Position numbers and translations under genes: made by a program. Below, one piece after another: positions 1-9,539 of a stretch of 64,000 nucleotides of DNA (within the stretch, counting starts at the first letter, position 1; each line of letters starts with the position of its first letter). The notes below the pieces were generated by a model. That model saw nothing but the letters and a program-made list of their open reading frames with translations. It ran no database searches and was not told the origin of the DNA. Origin of the DNA: an uncultured Acidobacteriota bacterium (lineage in GTDB: Bacteria > Acidobacteriota > Thermoanaerobaculia > Multivoradales > JAHEKO01). The stretch covers positions 800,001 to 864,000 of the forward strand of contig CAVQNG010000025.1 of the NCBI GenBank assembly GCA_963713825.1, given 5' to 3'.

Positions 1-867
1 CCACCATCTCCGACGGCCAGAGAACGAGTGAGCGGAGGGACCGAGACCGAGGTAGGGCGCATGAGTCCAGTATTTCTGGTTGTGGAGGGACCGGTGCTCC
101 CGGCCGGCTGCAAAATTGGAGACCTCGTAGCCCGGCAGACCGCCGTTGCCCAGGTGATGATGGGTGAGCAGGAAGAGGTCGGCTTGCTCGTCGTTGCCCA
201 TCTCCACCAGTTCACCCCGCTGTTGGCGGAAGCCGAAAGGGGTTCGGGGATGAACGGTCAGCTGATAGCAGGAGAGATGTTGTGGCCCCGCTGCCAGAGC
301 CTGGTCGAGATCGCGGCGCCAGTCCATCGGGGTCTGGCCTGGCAGGCCGTAGATTAGATCCATGGCAACGGTGTCGAAGCCAGCTTCGAGGGCGATGTCG
401 AGACTCTGCTTGGCGATTCGCGGCGAGTGTTGTCGGCCCAGAAAGGAAAGAGAGCGCTGGGAAAAGGACTGTACGCCCAGACTGATCGTCCGAAATCCCA
501 TCTCTCGCCACGCCGTCACCGAGTCTGCGTTGACATCCTCCGGATTGGCCTCGAGGAACAACCAGACATCGTCGCGGACTTGCAGTTTGGATCGAACGGC
601 TTCGAGCAGCCTCTCGAGATCCCTCGGCGGCAGCATCGAGGGAGTGCCGCCACCGAGGTAGATCGTCTCGAACAGCCGTTGTGGCGGATCCCGCAGCAGG
701 TCTGGCCAGCCGGAGTCCGCCAGCAGCTCGATCTCGAGCAACAGGTGGGTCAGGTAGCGGTCCTGCCAGGAGCGATCTCCAGTCAGGACCGAGAAATCGC
801 AATAGGGGCAGATGTGGGTACAGAACGGAACGTGGATGTAGAGCCCTGGGCCGTTGAAATCACTCAC
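1..867 (-). CDS. hemW: Radical SAM heme chaperone HemW (HemN-like); 3' end runs off the window; absent from the ORF track
   Basis: Manual minus-strand translation from GTG at 867, which overlaps the lepA stop (GTGA), gives MSDFNGPGLYIHVPFCTHICPYCDF (CxxxCxxC motif). DLIYGLPGQ follows in the same frame at about 360-334. lepA-hemW is a common gene order. Confidence 0.92.
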   Translation of the reverse strand, partial: MSDFNGPGLYIHVPFCTHICPYCDFSVLTGDRSWQDRYLTHLLLEIELLADSGWPDLLRDPPQRLFETIYLGGGTPSMLPPRDLERLLEAVRSKLQVRDDVWLFLEANPEDVNADSVTAWREMGFRTISLGVQSFSQRSLSFLGRQHSPRIAKQSLDIALEAGFDTVAMDLIYGLPGQTPMDWRRDLDQALAAGPQHLSCYQLTVHPRTPFGFRQQRGELVEMGNDEQADLFLLTHHHLGNGGLPGYEVSNFAAGREHRSLHNQKYWTHAPYLGLGPSAHSFSGRRRWW

Positions 868-2663
868 TTCTGGGAGTCGGACTTGAGTACCGCCATGAAC
901 GCTGATTGTGGGATCTCCACGGCCCCGACCACCTTCATCCGCTTCTTGCCTTCGCGCTGCTTTTCCAGCAGCTTTCTCTTGCGAGTGATGTCTCCGCCGT
1001 AGCACTTGGCCGTCACATCTTTGCGGTAGGCGTTGATCGTGGACCGGGCGATGATCTGGCCGCCGATCGCCCCCTGAATAGCGATCTTGAACTGCTGACG
1101 TGGGATCGTCTCTTCGAGCCGCTCGCAGTAGCGCATTGCCCTGGCTCGGGACATGTCCCGATGCACCAGTTGTGAGAGTGCGTCGACCGGCTCGCCATTC
1201 ACCAGAATATCGACCTTGACCAGATCGGTTGGCCGGTAGTCCAGCATGTCGTAGTCGAAGGACCCATACCCTTGCGTGACGGTCTTGAGCTTGTCGTAGA
1301 AATCGAACAACACCTCGGCCAGCGGCAGCTCGGAAGTCAGCTCGACTCGGCCAACGGCCAAGTAGTTGAAGGTCGTGTTCAATCCGCGCTTCTCACGACA
1401 CAGCTCCATGACGACCCCGATGTAGCGCTCGGGCATCATGATCGAGGCCTTGATGTAGGGCTCGGTGGCACTCTCGATCTGGGACGGGTCGGGATAGAGG
1501 GTCGGATTGTCGACGGCGATCTCCTCGCCACTGCTGAGCGTGATTTCGTATCGCACGGATGGAGCCGACAAAATCAGGGACAGGTCGTATTCCCGTCGCA
1601 GCCTCTCTTGCACGACATCGAGGTGTAGCAGGCCCAGGAACCCGCAGCGAAAGCCGAATCCGAGGGCGGCGGAAGAGTCCTTTTCGTAGGTCAGGGCGGC
1701 GTCATTGAGGGCCAGCTTGTCGAGAGCTGTTGCGAGATCCTCGTAGTCGTCCGTTGACATTGGATAGATCGAAGAGAAGACGACGGGTTTGGCTTCCTTG
1801 TAGCCAGGCAGAGGCTCGCTGGCTGGGCTCTTGGCATCGGTGATGGTGTCGCCGATCGCGATGTCTCGTACGGTCTTGATGCCAGCAATGACGTAGCCTA
1901 CCGATCCGGCAGACAATTCGTCGGTCTCGACCCTGCGAAGCTGCAGTTGCCCGACTTCTTCCACTTCGAATTCCTTGTCGGAGTGCATCAGACGAATTCG
2001 TTGGCCTGCTCGAAGACGACCTTCCTTGACGCGACAGAGCATGACGACACCTCGATAGACGTCGTACTGCGCATCGAAGATCAGTGCCTGGAGCCTGGCT
2101 GCGGGGTCTCCGGTGGGTGGAGGGAGCTTCTGAACCACCGCTTCGAGCACAGCCTCGATGCCGGTGCCCTGTTTGGCTGAGCAGAGTGCAGCTTCGTAGG
2201 GATCGAGTCCGAGGTCTTCTGAAATCTCCTCTCGCGCCCGCTCGACATCGGCGGACGGCAAGTCGATCTTGTTGATGACCGGCACCACCTCGAGGTCGTA
2301 CTCCAGTGCCAAGTAGAGGTTGGCCACGGTCTGCGCCTCGACACCCTGAGATGCATCGACTAGCAGCAGTGCGCCTTCGCAGGACATCAGAGAACGGCGA
2401 ACCTCGTGCGAAAAGTCGACATGTCCGGGTGTGTCGATCAGGTTGAGCGTGTACTGATTGCCATCCTGAGCTTTGTAGAGGAGGCTCACGGTATTGCTCT
2501 TGATCGTGATCCCACGCTCTCGTTCAATATCCATGGAGTCGAGAATCTGGTCCCGAAACTCCCGGTCTTCGACCCCACCACAGCTCTGGATCAGTCGATC
2601 GGCCAGCGTCGACTTGCCATGATCGATGTGAGCGATGATGCAGAAATTGCGGATCAGTTCCAC
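864..2663 (-). CDS. lepA: Translation elongation factor 4 (LepA)
   Basis: IRNFCIIAHIDHGKSTLAD, ERERGITIK, DTPGHVDF, NKID, GFRCGFLGLLH and C-terminal KDVTAKCYGGDITRKRKLLEKQ. Confidence 0.99.
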   Translation of the reverse strand: MELIRNFCIIAHIDHGKSTLADRLIQSCGGVEDREFRDQILDSMDIERERGITIKSNTVSLLYKAQDGNQYTLNLIDTPGHVDFSHEVRRSLMSCEGALLLVDASQGVEAQTVANLYLALEYDLEVVPVINKIDLPSADVERAREEISEDLGLDPYEAALCSAKQGTGIEAVLEAVVQKLPPPTGDPAARLQALIFDAQYDVYRGVVMLCRVKEGRLRAGQRIRLMHSDKEFEVEEVGQLQLRRVETDELSAGSVGYVIAGIKTVRDIAIGDTITDAKSPASEPLPGYKEAKPVVFSSIYPMSTDDYEDLATALDKLALNDAALTYEKDSSAALGFGFRCGFLGLLHLDVVQERLRREYDLSLILSAPSVRYEITLSSGEEIAVDNPTLYPDPSQIESATEPYIKASIMMPERYIGVVMELCREKRGLNTTFNYLAVGRVELTSELPLAEVLFDFYDKLKTVTQGYGSFDYDMLDYRPTDLVKVDILVNGEPVDALSQLVHRDMSRARAMRYCERLEETIPRQQFKIAIQGAIGGQIIARSTINAYRKDVTAKCYGGDITRKRKLLEKQREGKKRMKVVGAVEIPQSAFMAVLKSDSQK

Positions 2664-2836
2664 GCTTGATGTTCTCCCGACTTCGACTCCGGCCCCGGTG
2701 TCGTCGGGACCTCGGCCTTTCGAGCCGTGAGTTTACCTCCGATGCTCCCGGCGTGAGACGACAATTCACAGCCGAGAGTCGGTTTTGGCGCTAGAATGGG
2801 GGCAACCGTTAGCCTAGTGGCGCCCGGATTTACCTG

Positions 2837-4507
2837 ATGACCGGCTACCCCCAGGACCCTACGTCGTCGAGTAGCTCGCCTGTCGAGCCGGATGAACCGC
2901 TCGTTGTTCTGGAATTCTCCAGCTTCGAGGATTTTCTCAACAGCTGCGCCTCCAGGATCTCCCCATCGGGATTGTTTCTCGAGGTCGAGCCCAGGGAACG
3001 AGTCAGCTCGCCCCTGCGCTTCGAGTTGCGCATTCGCGATGGATTCCGCCTGCTGCGAGGCGAAGGAAAAGTCACTCGAGTGCACGACCCGCTGCCAACG
3101 ACGGGCGATGTTGCTGGCGTGACCGTGCGCTTCACAAGCCTCGATGAGGCCAGCCAGAAGCTCTTGCCGGTAGTGCTGGATCACTATCATCAGAGAGGCG
3201 TGCCCTTGCTGGACATGGAGGTGGAGAGTCCTGGAGTCGAAGTCGAGGTCACGGAGCAGGAGACAGCGCGAGACGTAGCCGCCGAAGTCACACTGGACGA
3301 TCTCTGGGAGGAGTTCGAGGTCGTTGCGGAGCGTCCACTGGAGACACCGGCCGACGAGAGCTCAGGGGTGGGCGAATCGGAACCACGTCTGATCGAGGCA
3401 GAGCAGTTCGTGACCGACACCAACTCGCAAGAGACTGGCGACGAGTTGGAGGTGGCTCTGGAGTCCGTCGACCGGTCGGAGCCGGGGGTCGAAACCCTCG
3501 AGACAATCGAAGGCGAGGACAGCAAGACCGAGATTGCCGAGGCGGCAGAGCTCGAGCCGGAGATTGCGGAGGCAGTCGAAGACGAGGCAGAGCATGTAGA
3601 AGAGGTCATCGAAGCTGTGGTGCAGGAGACGGTCCTCGAGGAGGACCCTCTCGACCTCGCTGGTGTGCTTCCGACCGCACCTGGGGCATCGATTTCGTCG
3701 AGTGAGGATTTCGAGCTCCTGCCGGACGATGGTGCCGAGCTCGAAGAAGCGCAACCGAAACCCTGGTGGCAGCGTCGCGAGCTCTGGCTTTTTCTCCTCA
3801 TGGCCTTTCTGGGCATTCTTGTCGGCATCGTCGTCTATCTGAAGTACATGGATGGATACGAGTGGCCCTGGTCCAGCAGCTCGGATCGGGGGCAAACGAC
3901 GCCTGCCGAGGTTGTCGTGACGGATGGCAAAGAGGTGCCTGACGGCAGAGACATCATTGCCGTCTATGACTTCGAGGACCCTACCCAGGTCGAGGCCAGA
4001 TTGGGGGACGCGGAAGGAGAGGACACTACGTCCGAATCACTGACGCCAAGCCAGAGTAGTCGAGGAGAGCCAACTCCCCGAGCTCGCCCGAAGCAGGCCG
4101 GCAAGCAGAACCAGAAGCAGGCCGGCACGCAAAGGAAGACCCCCGCCCGTCCACCTGCCGATCTGGTGCTGACCGGCGTCGATCGCATTACCTGGCAGGA
4201 GTCCCAGGATCAGACTGTCCTGACTCTGTGGGGCGATGGTCCCTTCGACACCGATCAGTTGGTGGTCTTTCGATTGGATACCGGTACTCCGAGGCAGGTC
4301 GTCAAGATTCTGGGTATCTCCCGACCCTTCTCAGATCGCAATCTGGCGGTCGGTACGAGCCACGTTTCGGCAATCCGGACTGGCCTTCATACTGGGGATG
4401 TAGGTCAGGAGCTGCATGTCGTGGCCGATCTCGAAGATCCAGCGGTGCGGATGCGCCGCGTGGAGTCCGAGGGCTCCCAACTCCACGTCTACTTTTCGAG
4501 GCTCTGA
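2837..4507 (+). CDS. Membrane-anchored protein: degenerate PilZ-like N-terminal domain, acidic linker, single TM helix, AMIN-like C-terminal domain
   Basis: N-terminal ISPSGLFL...GEGKVTRV...GVTVRFTSLD resembles a PilZ barrel. A Glu/Asp-rich middle region is followed by TM LWLFLLMAFLGILVGIVVY. C-terminal FRLDTGTPRQVVKI...IRTG...LHVVADL resembles AMIN. Confidence 0.65.
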   Translation: MTGYPQDPTSSSSSPVEPDEPLVVLEFSSFEDFLNSCASRISPSGLFLEVEPRERVSSPLRFELRIRDGFRLLRGEGKVTRVHDPLPTTGDVAGVTVRFTSLDEASQKLLPVVLDHYHQRGVPLLDMEVESPGVEVEVTEQETARDVAAEVTLDDLWEEFEVVAERPLETPADESSGVGESEPRLIEAEQFVTDTNSQETGDELEVALESVDRSEPGVETLETIEGEDSKTEIAEAAELEPEIAEAVEDEAEHVEEVIEAVVQETVLEEDPLDLAGVLPTAPGASISSSEDFELLPDDGAELEEAQPKPWWQRRELWLFLLMAFLGILVGIVVYLKYMDGYEWPWSSSSDRGQTTPAEVVVTDGKEVPDGRDIIAVYDFEDPTQVEARLGDAEGEDTTSESLTPSQSSRGEPTPRARPKQAGKQNQKQAGTQRKTPARPPADLVLTGVDRITWQESQDQTVLTLWGDGPFDTDQLVVFRLDTGTPRQVVKILGISRPFSDRNLAVGTSHVSAIRTGLHTGDVGQELHVVADLEDPAVRMRRVESEGSQLHVYFSRL

Positions 4508-5562
4508 CTCCCAGGTCGAAGCACGACCTTGAGGCTTTCGCGGCGCAGCATGCTGTCTAGGGCCTCTGCCGTGTGCTCCAAAGGCATCTCGCGAGACAGG
4601 AGTATGCCGACCGGCAGGCAATGACGCGCCAGAAGGTCGAGGGCTCTCGTGACTGTGGCGGGACGGTGATGGTAGGCGCCCCGAACGACGATCTCGTCAT
4701 AGTGGATTCTGGTCGTGTCGAGGGACAGCCTGGTCCCCGGGGGGCAGCCTCCGAATAACAGCACTTCGCCGCCTGGCCGGATGCAGACGGTGGCCAGCTC
4801 CCAGCCAGAGACCGTACCCGTGGCATCGACAGCGAGGTCGAATCCGAGGCCGCTGTCAGCCAACCCCAGGATCGCCGCAACCGCTTCTGAGTCCACTGGT
4901 TCGAGAGCGGCGTCAGCACCCATTTGGATTGCCACCTCCCGCCGCCCAGAGTGCGGATCGACAAGAACCACCCGATGGCCTGCCGAGGAGAGGGCGCCAA
5001 CAAGCAGTTGGCCGATGGGGCCGCCCCCGAGGACGACTACATCTCTGGCCGCTGACAGTGAACACGCCTCGATTCCGTGCAGGACACAGGCGAGAGGCTC
5101 GGTCAGGCAGGCATGCTCGGCGGACAATCCGGGTGGTACTGGATAGGTGCTCCTCCTGACGAAGCGTGCCGGCACCGGCAGATAGTCGGCAAAGGCGCCG
5201 TTGAGGTAGAGCAGGTCCCGACAGAGATTCTCTCGACCGGCAGTACAGTACTGGCAGTGACTGCAAGACGCCGAGTTGAGGACGACCACGACGTCGCCCG
5301 GCCGCTGATGCTCGACTCCCTCACCAACCGCGACGACAGTGCCGGCGCATTCATGGCCGAAAGGCGATGGCACCTGAAGCATTCGCGGGTGACCCCCTTG
5401 CTTGTAGACCTTGAGATCGGTGCCGCACGTCGTTGCGACATCGACGCGCAGCGTCAGCTCACCGGCTTGGGGCTCTGGCAGTTCCAGGTCTCTGATCTCG
5501 ATCCGTTCCGGGCCGAGCAGGCAGGCGGCCCGATAGCTCTCAGGGAGCTGCATGGCCACCAT
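4489..5562 (-). CDS. Zinc-dependent medium-chain dehydrogenase (threonine/sorbitol dehydrogenase-like)
   Basis: CGTD, GHE, structural Zn motif CSHCQYC...C, EPLAC, GGGPIG nucleotide-binding motif. Confidence 0.9.
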   Translation of the reverse strand: MVAMQLPESYRAACLLGPERIEIRDLELPEPQAGELTLRVDVATTCGTDLKVYKQGGHPRMLQVPSPFGHECAGTVVAVGEGVEHQRPGDVVVVLNSASCSHCQYCTAGRENLCRDLLYLNGAFADYLPVPARFVRRSTYPVPPGLSAEHACLTEPLACVLHGIEACSLSAARDVVVLGGGPIGQLLVGALSSAGHRVVLVDPHSGRREVAIQMGADAALEPVDSEAVAAILGLADSGLGFDLAVDATGTVSGWELATVCIRPGGEVLLFGGCPPGTRLSLDTTRIHYDEIVVRGAYHHRPATVTRALDLLARHCLPVGILLSREMPLEHTAEALDSMLRRESLKVVLRPGSQSLEK

Positions 5563-6637
5563 CTTCCACTCCGGGCTCGAGCAGGATCTTGAGGGCCTTC
5601 TGCTGGCTGGCCAGCTCGACGGCTCTCTGGAAGTTCCGCAGCGGCAGGCGATGACTGACCAGGGGAGTCGGATCGAGCCGCCCCGAAGTCAAGAGTGCGA
5701 AGACCCTGCTCTGCTCGTTCAAAGATCCCGAGTAGGTGCCAATCACTCGTCGCTCGTGCTTGAAGATCTGATTCATCTGTACCGCCAGGGGGGCACCCGG
5801 TCTCGCATGAGCGAACAGGATCAAGCTACCTCCCTCTCGAGTCAACGGCAGTGCCTCTGCGGTGGCAGCTGGGAGGCCCACAGTGTCGAAGACGACATCG
5901 GCTCCGGCTCCTTCGCAGAGGTGCTCGACCGCTTCGGCGAGCGTCTCGGGTGAGGTCACGACGTCGGCTCCCAGGGCTCTGGCGTGCTGTCGCCGCTCGG
6001 GAATCGGATCACTCATGGCGACGCGAATGCCGCGATATAGAGCGCGGAGTAGCAGCAAATGAAGCAGACCCATGCTGCCGCAGCCGAGGACGATCGCCGA
6101 GATGGGCTGCTGGGACGAGGAATCGGCACTGGGAAGTCCCGCTCTGTCGATGCCCCTGAGGACGCAAGCAGCCGGTTCCATGAAGATCGCCGCCGCGTCG
6201 GGTAGCTCGGAGGGCAACGCTCGGGCAGCTCTCTCGACGGCTGGCCTCTTGACCAGTACGAACTCGCTGAAGCCTCCGGGAGCCAGTTGGTTCTCTCGGA
6301 AAGTCGAACAGAGAGTCTCGCTTCCACGCCGACAAAGGGAACACTTCCCACAGGCTACGTGGTGAGGGACGGTGATTCTCTGATCCAGCTGGAAGCGGGC
6401 CACTCCTGGTCCCAGCGCCGCTACGCTGCCGACCAACTCGTGGCCGAGGACGGTACCGATCGCAATGGCGTCATTCTCGAGCTTGAAGAGATCGGTTCCG
6501 CAGAAGCCGCAGCAGCGCAGTCTGAGCAGGATCTCGCCTTCGGCAGGCTCGGGAATCGAGAGCTCTTCCAGTCGGGACTCGCCCCGCCCGGCGTAGAGAA
6601 CTGCCCGCATCGTCCCGACTTCGACTGGCTCATCCAT
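5540..6637 (-). CDS. Zinc-dependent medium-chain dehydrogenase (tandem paralog); the start may be MRAVL at about 6610
   Basis: CGTD, GHE, CGKCSLC...C, EPAAC, GCGSMG. Confidence 0.9.
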   Translation of the reverse strand: MDEPVEVGTMRAVLYAGRGESRLEELSIPEPAEGEILLRLRCCGFCGTDLFKLENDAIAIGTVLGHELVGSVAALGPGVARFQLDQRITVPHHVACGKCSLCRRGSETLCSTFRENQLAPGGFSEFVLVKRPAVERAARALPSELPDAAAIFMEPAACVLRGIDRAGLPSADSSSQQPISAIVLGCGSMGLLHLLLLRALYRGIRVAMSDPIPERRQHARALGADVVTSPETLAEAVEHLCEGAGADVVFDTVGLPAATAEALPLTREGGSLILFAHARPGAPLAVQMNQIFKHERRVIGTYSGSLNEQSRVFALLTSGRLDPTPLVSHRLPLRNFQRAVELASQQKALKILLEPGVEDGGHAAP

Positions 6638-7831
6638 TCAGGAGAGGTAGACCTCCCTGACGGCGTCCATAGCAGCTATTCCCCGGCTGGGATCGGAGGT
6701 CGAGCAGAGCAGATCGCTCAGAGCCTTGAGAAGGGTGTGTACATTCTCGCGCCGGGCAGATTCGCCCATCAGGCCGACTCGCCATACTTTGCCGGCAAAC
6801 TCACCGAGGCCGCCACCGATCTCGATGCTGTGCTCGTCGAGAATTCGCCGTCTAACCTGAGCCTCGTCCAGACCGTCCGGTACCCAGACCGCGTTGAGAA
6901 CAGGCAGTCGGTGACCTTGTTGTGCGGCCGGTTCGAAGCCGAGCTCATGCAAGCCCGCCATCAGAGCACGGCTGTGAAGGCGGTGTCGGGCATAGCGGCA
7001 TTCGAGCCCCTCTTCGAGGACCACTGCCAGGGCTTCGTGGAGGGCGTAGTTCATGGAGATGGGCGCCGTGTGGTGATAGGTCCTTTGGCGCTCGGTCCAG
7101 TACTGCTGAATCATGGCCAGGTCCAGGTACCAACTGATCACCTTGGACCTGCGCCGGCCGAGTTTCTCGATGGCTCTCGGTCCGAATGTCAGCGGCGCGA
7201 GGCCGGGCGGGCAGCTGAGGCATTTCTGAGTTGCCGAGTAGCAGGCATCGATCAGCCACTCGTCGATCTTCAGCTCGATTCCCGCCAGCGAAGTCACGGC
7301 ATCGACGATCAGAAGACAGTCACGCTCCCGGCAGAGTCGACCGATCTCGACCAAGGGCTGGCAGGCTCCCGTCGAGGTCTCGGCATGGACGATGGCGACA
7401 ATTCGAGTGTCGGGAAATCGATCCAGGGCCGCTTCGATCTCTTCCGGCTCGAAGACCTCTCCCCAGGGGCGGTCGATGCGATGCAACTGGCCGCCGATGC
7501 GCTCGACGATGTCGCTCATCCGATTACCGAAGACACCGTTGACGCAGACCAGCACCCCGTCACCGGGCTCGACGAGATTGACGAAAGCCGCCTCCATTCC
7601 AGCGCTGCCGGTCCCCGAGATGGCAATCGTCAACTGGTTCTCGGTGCAGAAGACGTCCCTCAGGCGCTGCTGCGTCTGCGTCATCAGCTCCAGAAACTGA
7701 GGATCCAGGTGACCCACCAGCGGCCGCCCGATCGCCTCGTAGACACGCGAATGGACCATGGACGGTCCCGGGCCCAGCAGGATTCGTCGGGTTGGAGATT
7801 CAACGACCGAGGTTTCGAATTCAGTGGTCAT
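6638..7831 (-). CDS. Alanine/serine-glyoxylate aminotransferase family (class V PLP enzyme)
   Basis: LLGPGPS, SGTGSAGME, VHAETSTG, VDAVTS, SATQKCL (PLP Lys), YHHTAP. Start moved to ATG 7831 because the longer ORF overlaps the upstream gene. Confidence 0.93.
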   Translation of the reverse strand: MTTEFETSVVESPTRRILLGPGPSMVHSRVYEAIGRPLVGHLDPQFLELMTQTQQRLRDVFCTENQLTIAISGTGSAGMEAAFVNLVEPGDGVLVCVNGVFGNRMSDIVERIGGQLHRIDRPWGEVFEPEEIEAALDRFPDTRIVAIVHAETSTGACQPLVEIGRLCRERDCLLIVDAVTSLAGIELKIDEWLIDACYSATQKCLSCPPGLAPLTFGPRAIEKLGRRRSKVISWYLDLAMIQQYWTERQRTYHHTAPISMNYALHEALAVVLEEGLECRYARHRLHSRALMAGLHELGFEPAAQQGHRLPVLNAVWVPDGLDEAQVRRRILDEHSIEIGGGLGEFAGKVWRVGLMGESARRENVHTLLKALSDLLCSTSDPSRGIAAMDAVREVYLS

Positions 7832-7899
7832 ACGACATAGCGTGTCACAGGACTCTGGACCAGGGGAAGCGCGGTGTTGGTCGGTCGGGTGGGCGCGAT

Positions 7900-8664
7900 C
7901 TAGGGCTTGATCCAGTCGTCGACAGTGTCTGTGACGTAGGCGGGACGGGTGGTCTCCGACCAGGGCCAGTCGATGAGCAGACCGCTCCCGATGCCCTTGG
8001 CGACGGACTCGCCGAAGAGCAGGTCGACGAGATACATGGCGACGTCGTAGCTGCGGGCTCCACCTTGCGACGTCAGCACCTTGCCGTCGTGAACGAAGCT
8101 CGCATTGACGCGCACGTCCAGGTCCGGGAAGGCCTCGGCAAAAGTCTGGTAGTCGGCTGGAAATGTCGTGCAGGCGTGACCATCCAAGAGCCCTGCTTCG
8201 GCCAGGATGAAGGCTCCCCAGCACAGTGAAACGACGAACCGCGCATCCCCTCCCGCTGCCTTGACCCAGGCCACCAAACGCTCGTCGCTCCGGTTGTCGT
8301 CCCGACTGTGTTCAGCGCTCGGTACGACGAGAATGTCGAGTTTGGGCGCCGTGTCGAAAGTGTAGTCGGGCAGGATTCGGAGACCCTCTGCGGTCGTGAT
8401 GGGACGCTCGTCGGGAGCGACCGTAAAGACTTCGATGCCGGGGTGCGGGGCCGAGTGGGAGGCGGTGTGCTGAAAGACGTCCCAGGGGGCCATCAGCTCG
8501 GTGTTGTAGACGCCGTCGACAATCAGAAAGCCGGCGCGAATCGGGCGGTTCTGAGGCAGGGTCTCAGCGGCCCTGGCAGGCCACGGAATGCCGCCAAGAA
8601 CGACGAGCAGGGCGAGGGCGAAGCCCCGCCCAAAATGCACAGCATGCGGCGTCCCCTTCATCAA
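7900..8664 (-). CDS. Exported DJ-1/PfpI family protein
   Basis: Signal peptide ending ARA-AE, GVYNTEL, nucleophile elbow SLCWGAFILAEAGLLDG, HDGKVLTSQGG. Confidence 0.85.
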   Translation of the reverse strand: MMKGTPHAVHFGRGFALALLVVLGGIPWPARAAETLPQNRPIRAGFLIVDGVYNTELMAPWDVFQHTASHSAPHPGIEVFTVAPDERPITTAEGLRILPDYTFDTAPKLDILVVPSAEHSRDDNRSDERLVAWVKAAGGDARFVVSLCWGAFILAEAGLLDGHACTTFPADYQTFAEAFPDLDVRVNASFVHDGKVLTSQGGARSYDVAMYLVDLLFGESVAKGIGSGLLIDWPWSETTRPAYVTDTVDDWIKP

Positions 8665-8828
8665 TCTCGACCTCCCCGGTGATTGTTGAACAACTGCGGA
8701 AGTCTAGCACCAGGGTGTGCAGTCGGCCCCTCATTCGGGCCTGGTTCGTGGTTGTCATAGAATACGCGCCAACCCAGTCTCCCGAGAGGCTGCACAACCA
8801 GTCGCTATCACTTCCAGGAGGTGTAGTA

Positions 8829-9263
8829 GTGCCTTACAGTCCCCTGATAGTAAACCCCATGAAGGCGGAGCTGACTTCGATCGGGTTCCAAGAGCTCCTG
8901 ACATCTGACGATGTCGATGCGTTCATGACCGACATGCAGGGAACAGCTCTGCTGGTCATCAACTCGGTTTGCGGCTGCGCCGCAGGTCAGGCGCGGCCCG
9001 GAGTTCATCTGGCTCTGCAAAACGAAACTCGCCCCGATCACCTGGTCACGGTTTTTGCCGGACAGGAGACCGAGGCCACCAAGCGAGCTCGGAGCTACTT
9101 CGAGGACATTCCTCCCAGCAGCCCCTGCATCGCGCTGTTCAAAGATGGAGAGTTGGTCTACTTCGTGCCTCGCCACCGGATCGAGAGCCGCACTGCGGAG
9201 GATGTCGCGGCGGATCTCCAATCGGCTTTCGACCGCTATTTCGCTACATCTCCCGCTTCCTGA
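8829..9263 (+). CDS. BrxA/BrxB (YphP) family bacilliredoxin
   Basis: INSVCGCAAGQARPG (CGC motif), TVFAGQE, PPSSPCIALFKDG. GTG start after a CAGGAGG RBS. Confidence 0.92.
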   Translation: MPYSPLIVNPMKAELTSIGFQELLTSDDVDAFMTDMQGTALLVINSVCGCAAGQARPGVHLALQNETRPDHLVTVFAGQETEATKRARSYFEDIPPSSPCIALFKDGELVYFVPRHRIESRTAEDVAADLQSAFDRYFATSPAS

Positions 9264-9536
9264 ATGGGCACTTTCCACCAGGACAAGGGGGAGCTGCACG
9301 GCATCACCGTCGTCGTCGACACGGTAGGCGATGAGGTCTACATCGGTCGCTGCGACGAGATGACGGAACAGCAGATCATCCTCCACGACGTCGATGTTCA
9401 TCGGGACGGTGAGGAGGGGCGGTCGAAAGAGGACTACGTAGTCCGAGCCGCCCAGTTCGGAATCTGGAAGCAGTTCGAACGGCTGGCGATTCCAGCCGCA
9501 TCCATCGCCTCCGTGCGGCGACTTGGAGATCTCTGA
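9264..9536 (+). CDS. Small hypothetical protein (90 aa), possibly Sm/LSm-like beta fold
   Basis: ATG directly follows the bacilliredoxin stop (TGAATG). Codon usage is typical and the sequence has a beta-strand pattern (GITVVVDT...VYIGRC...IILHDVDV). Confidence 0.75.
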   Translation: MGTFHQDKGELHGITVVVDTVGDEVYIGRCDEMTEQQIILHDVDVHRDGEEGRSKEDYVVRAAQFGIWKQFERLAIPAASIASVRRLGDL

Positions 9537-9539
9537 GCA

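Noticed and set aside
6287-7840. 517-aa + strand ORF
   Set aside because: It lies antisense to the well-supported aminotransferase and dehydrogenase genes and has no recognisable motifs. Long shadow ORFs are expected in GC-rich DNA.
7832-8224. N-terminal extension of the aminotransferase ORF in the ORF track
   Set aside because: It overlaps the DJ-1 gene in another frame and is Arg-rich junk. Family similarity starts at MTTEF (7831).
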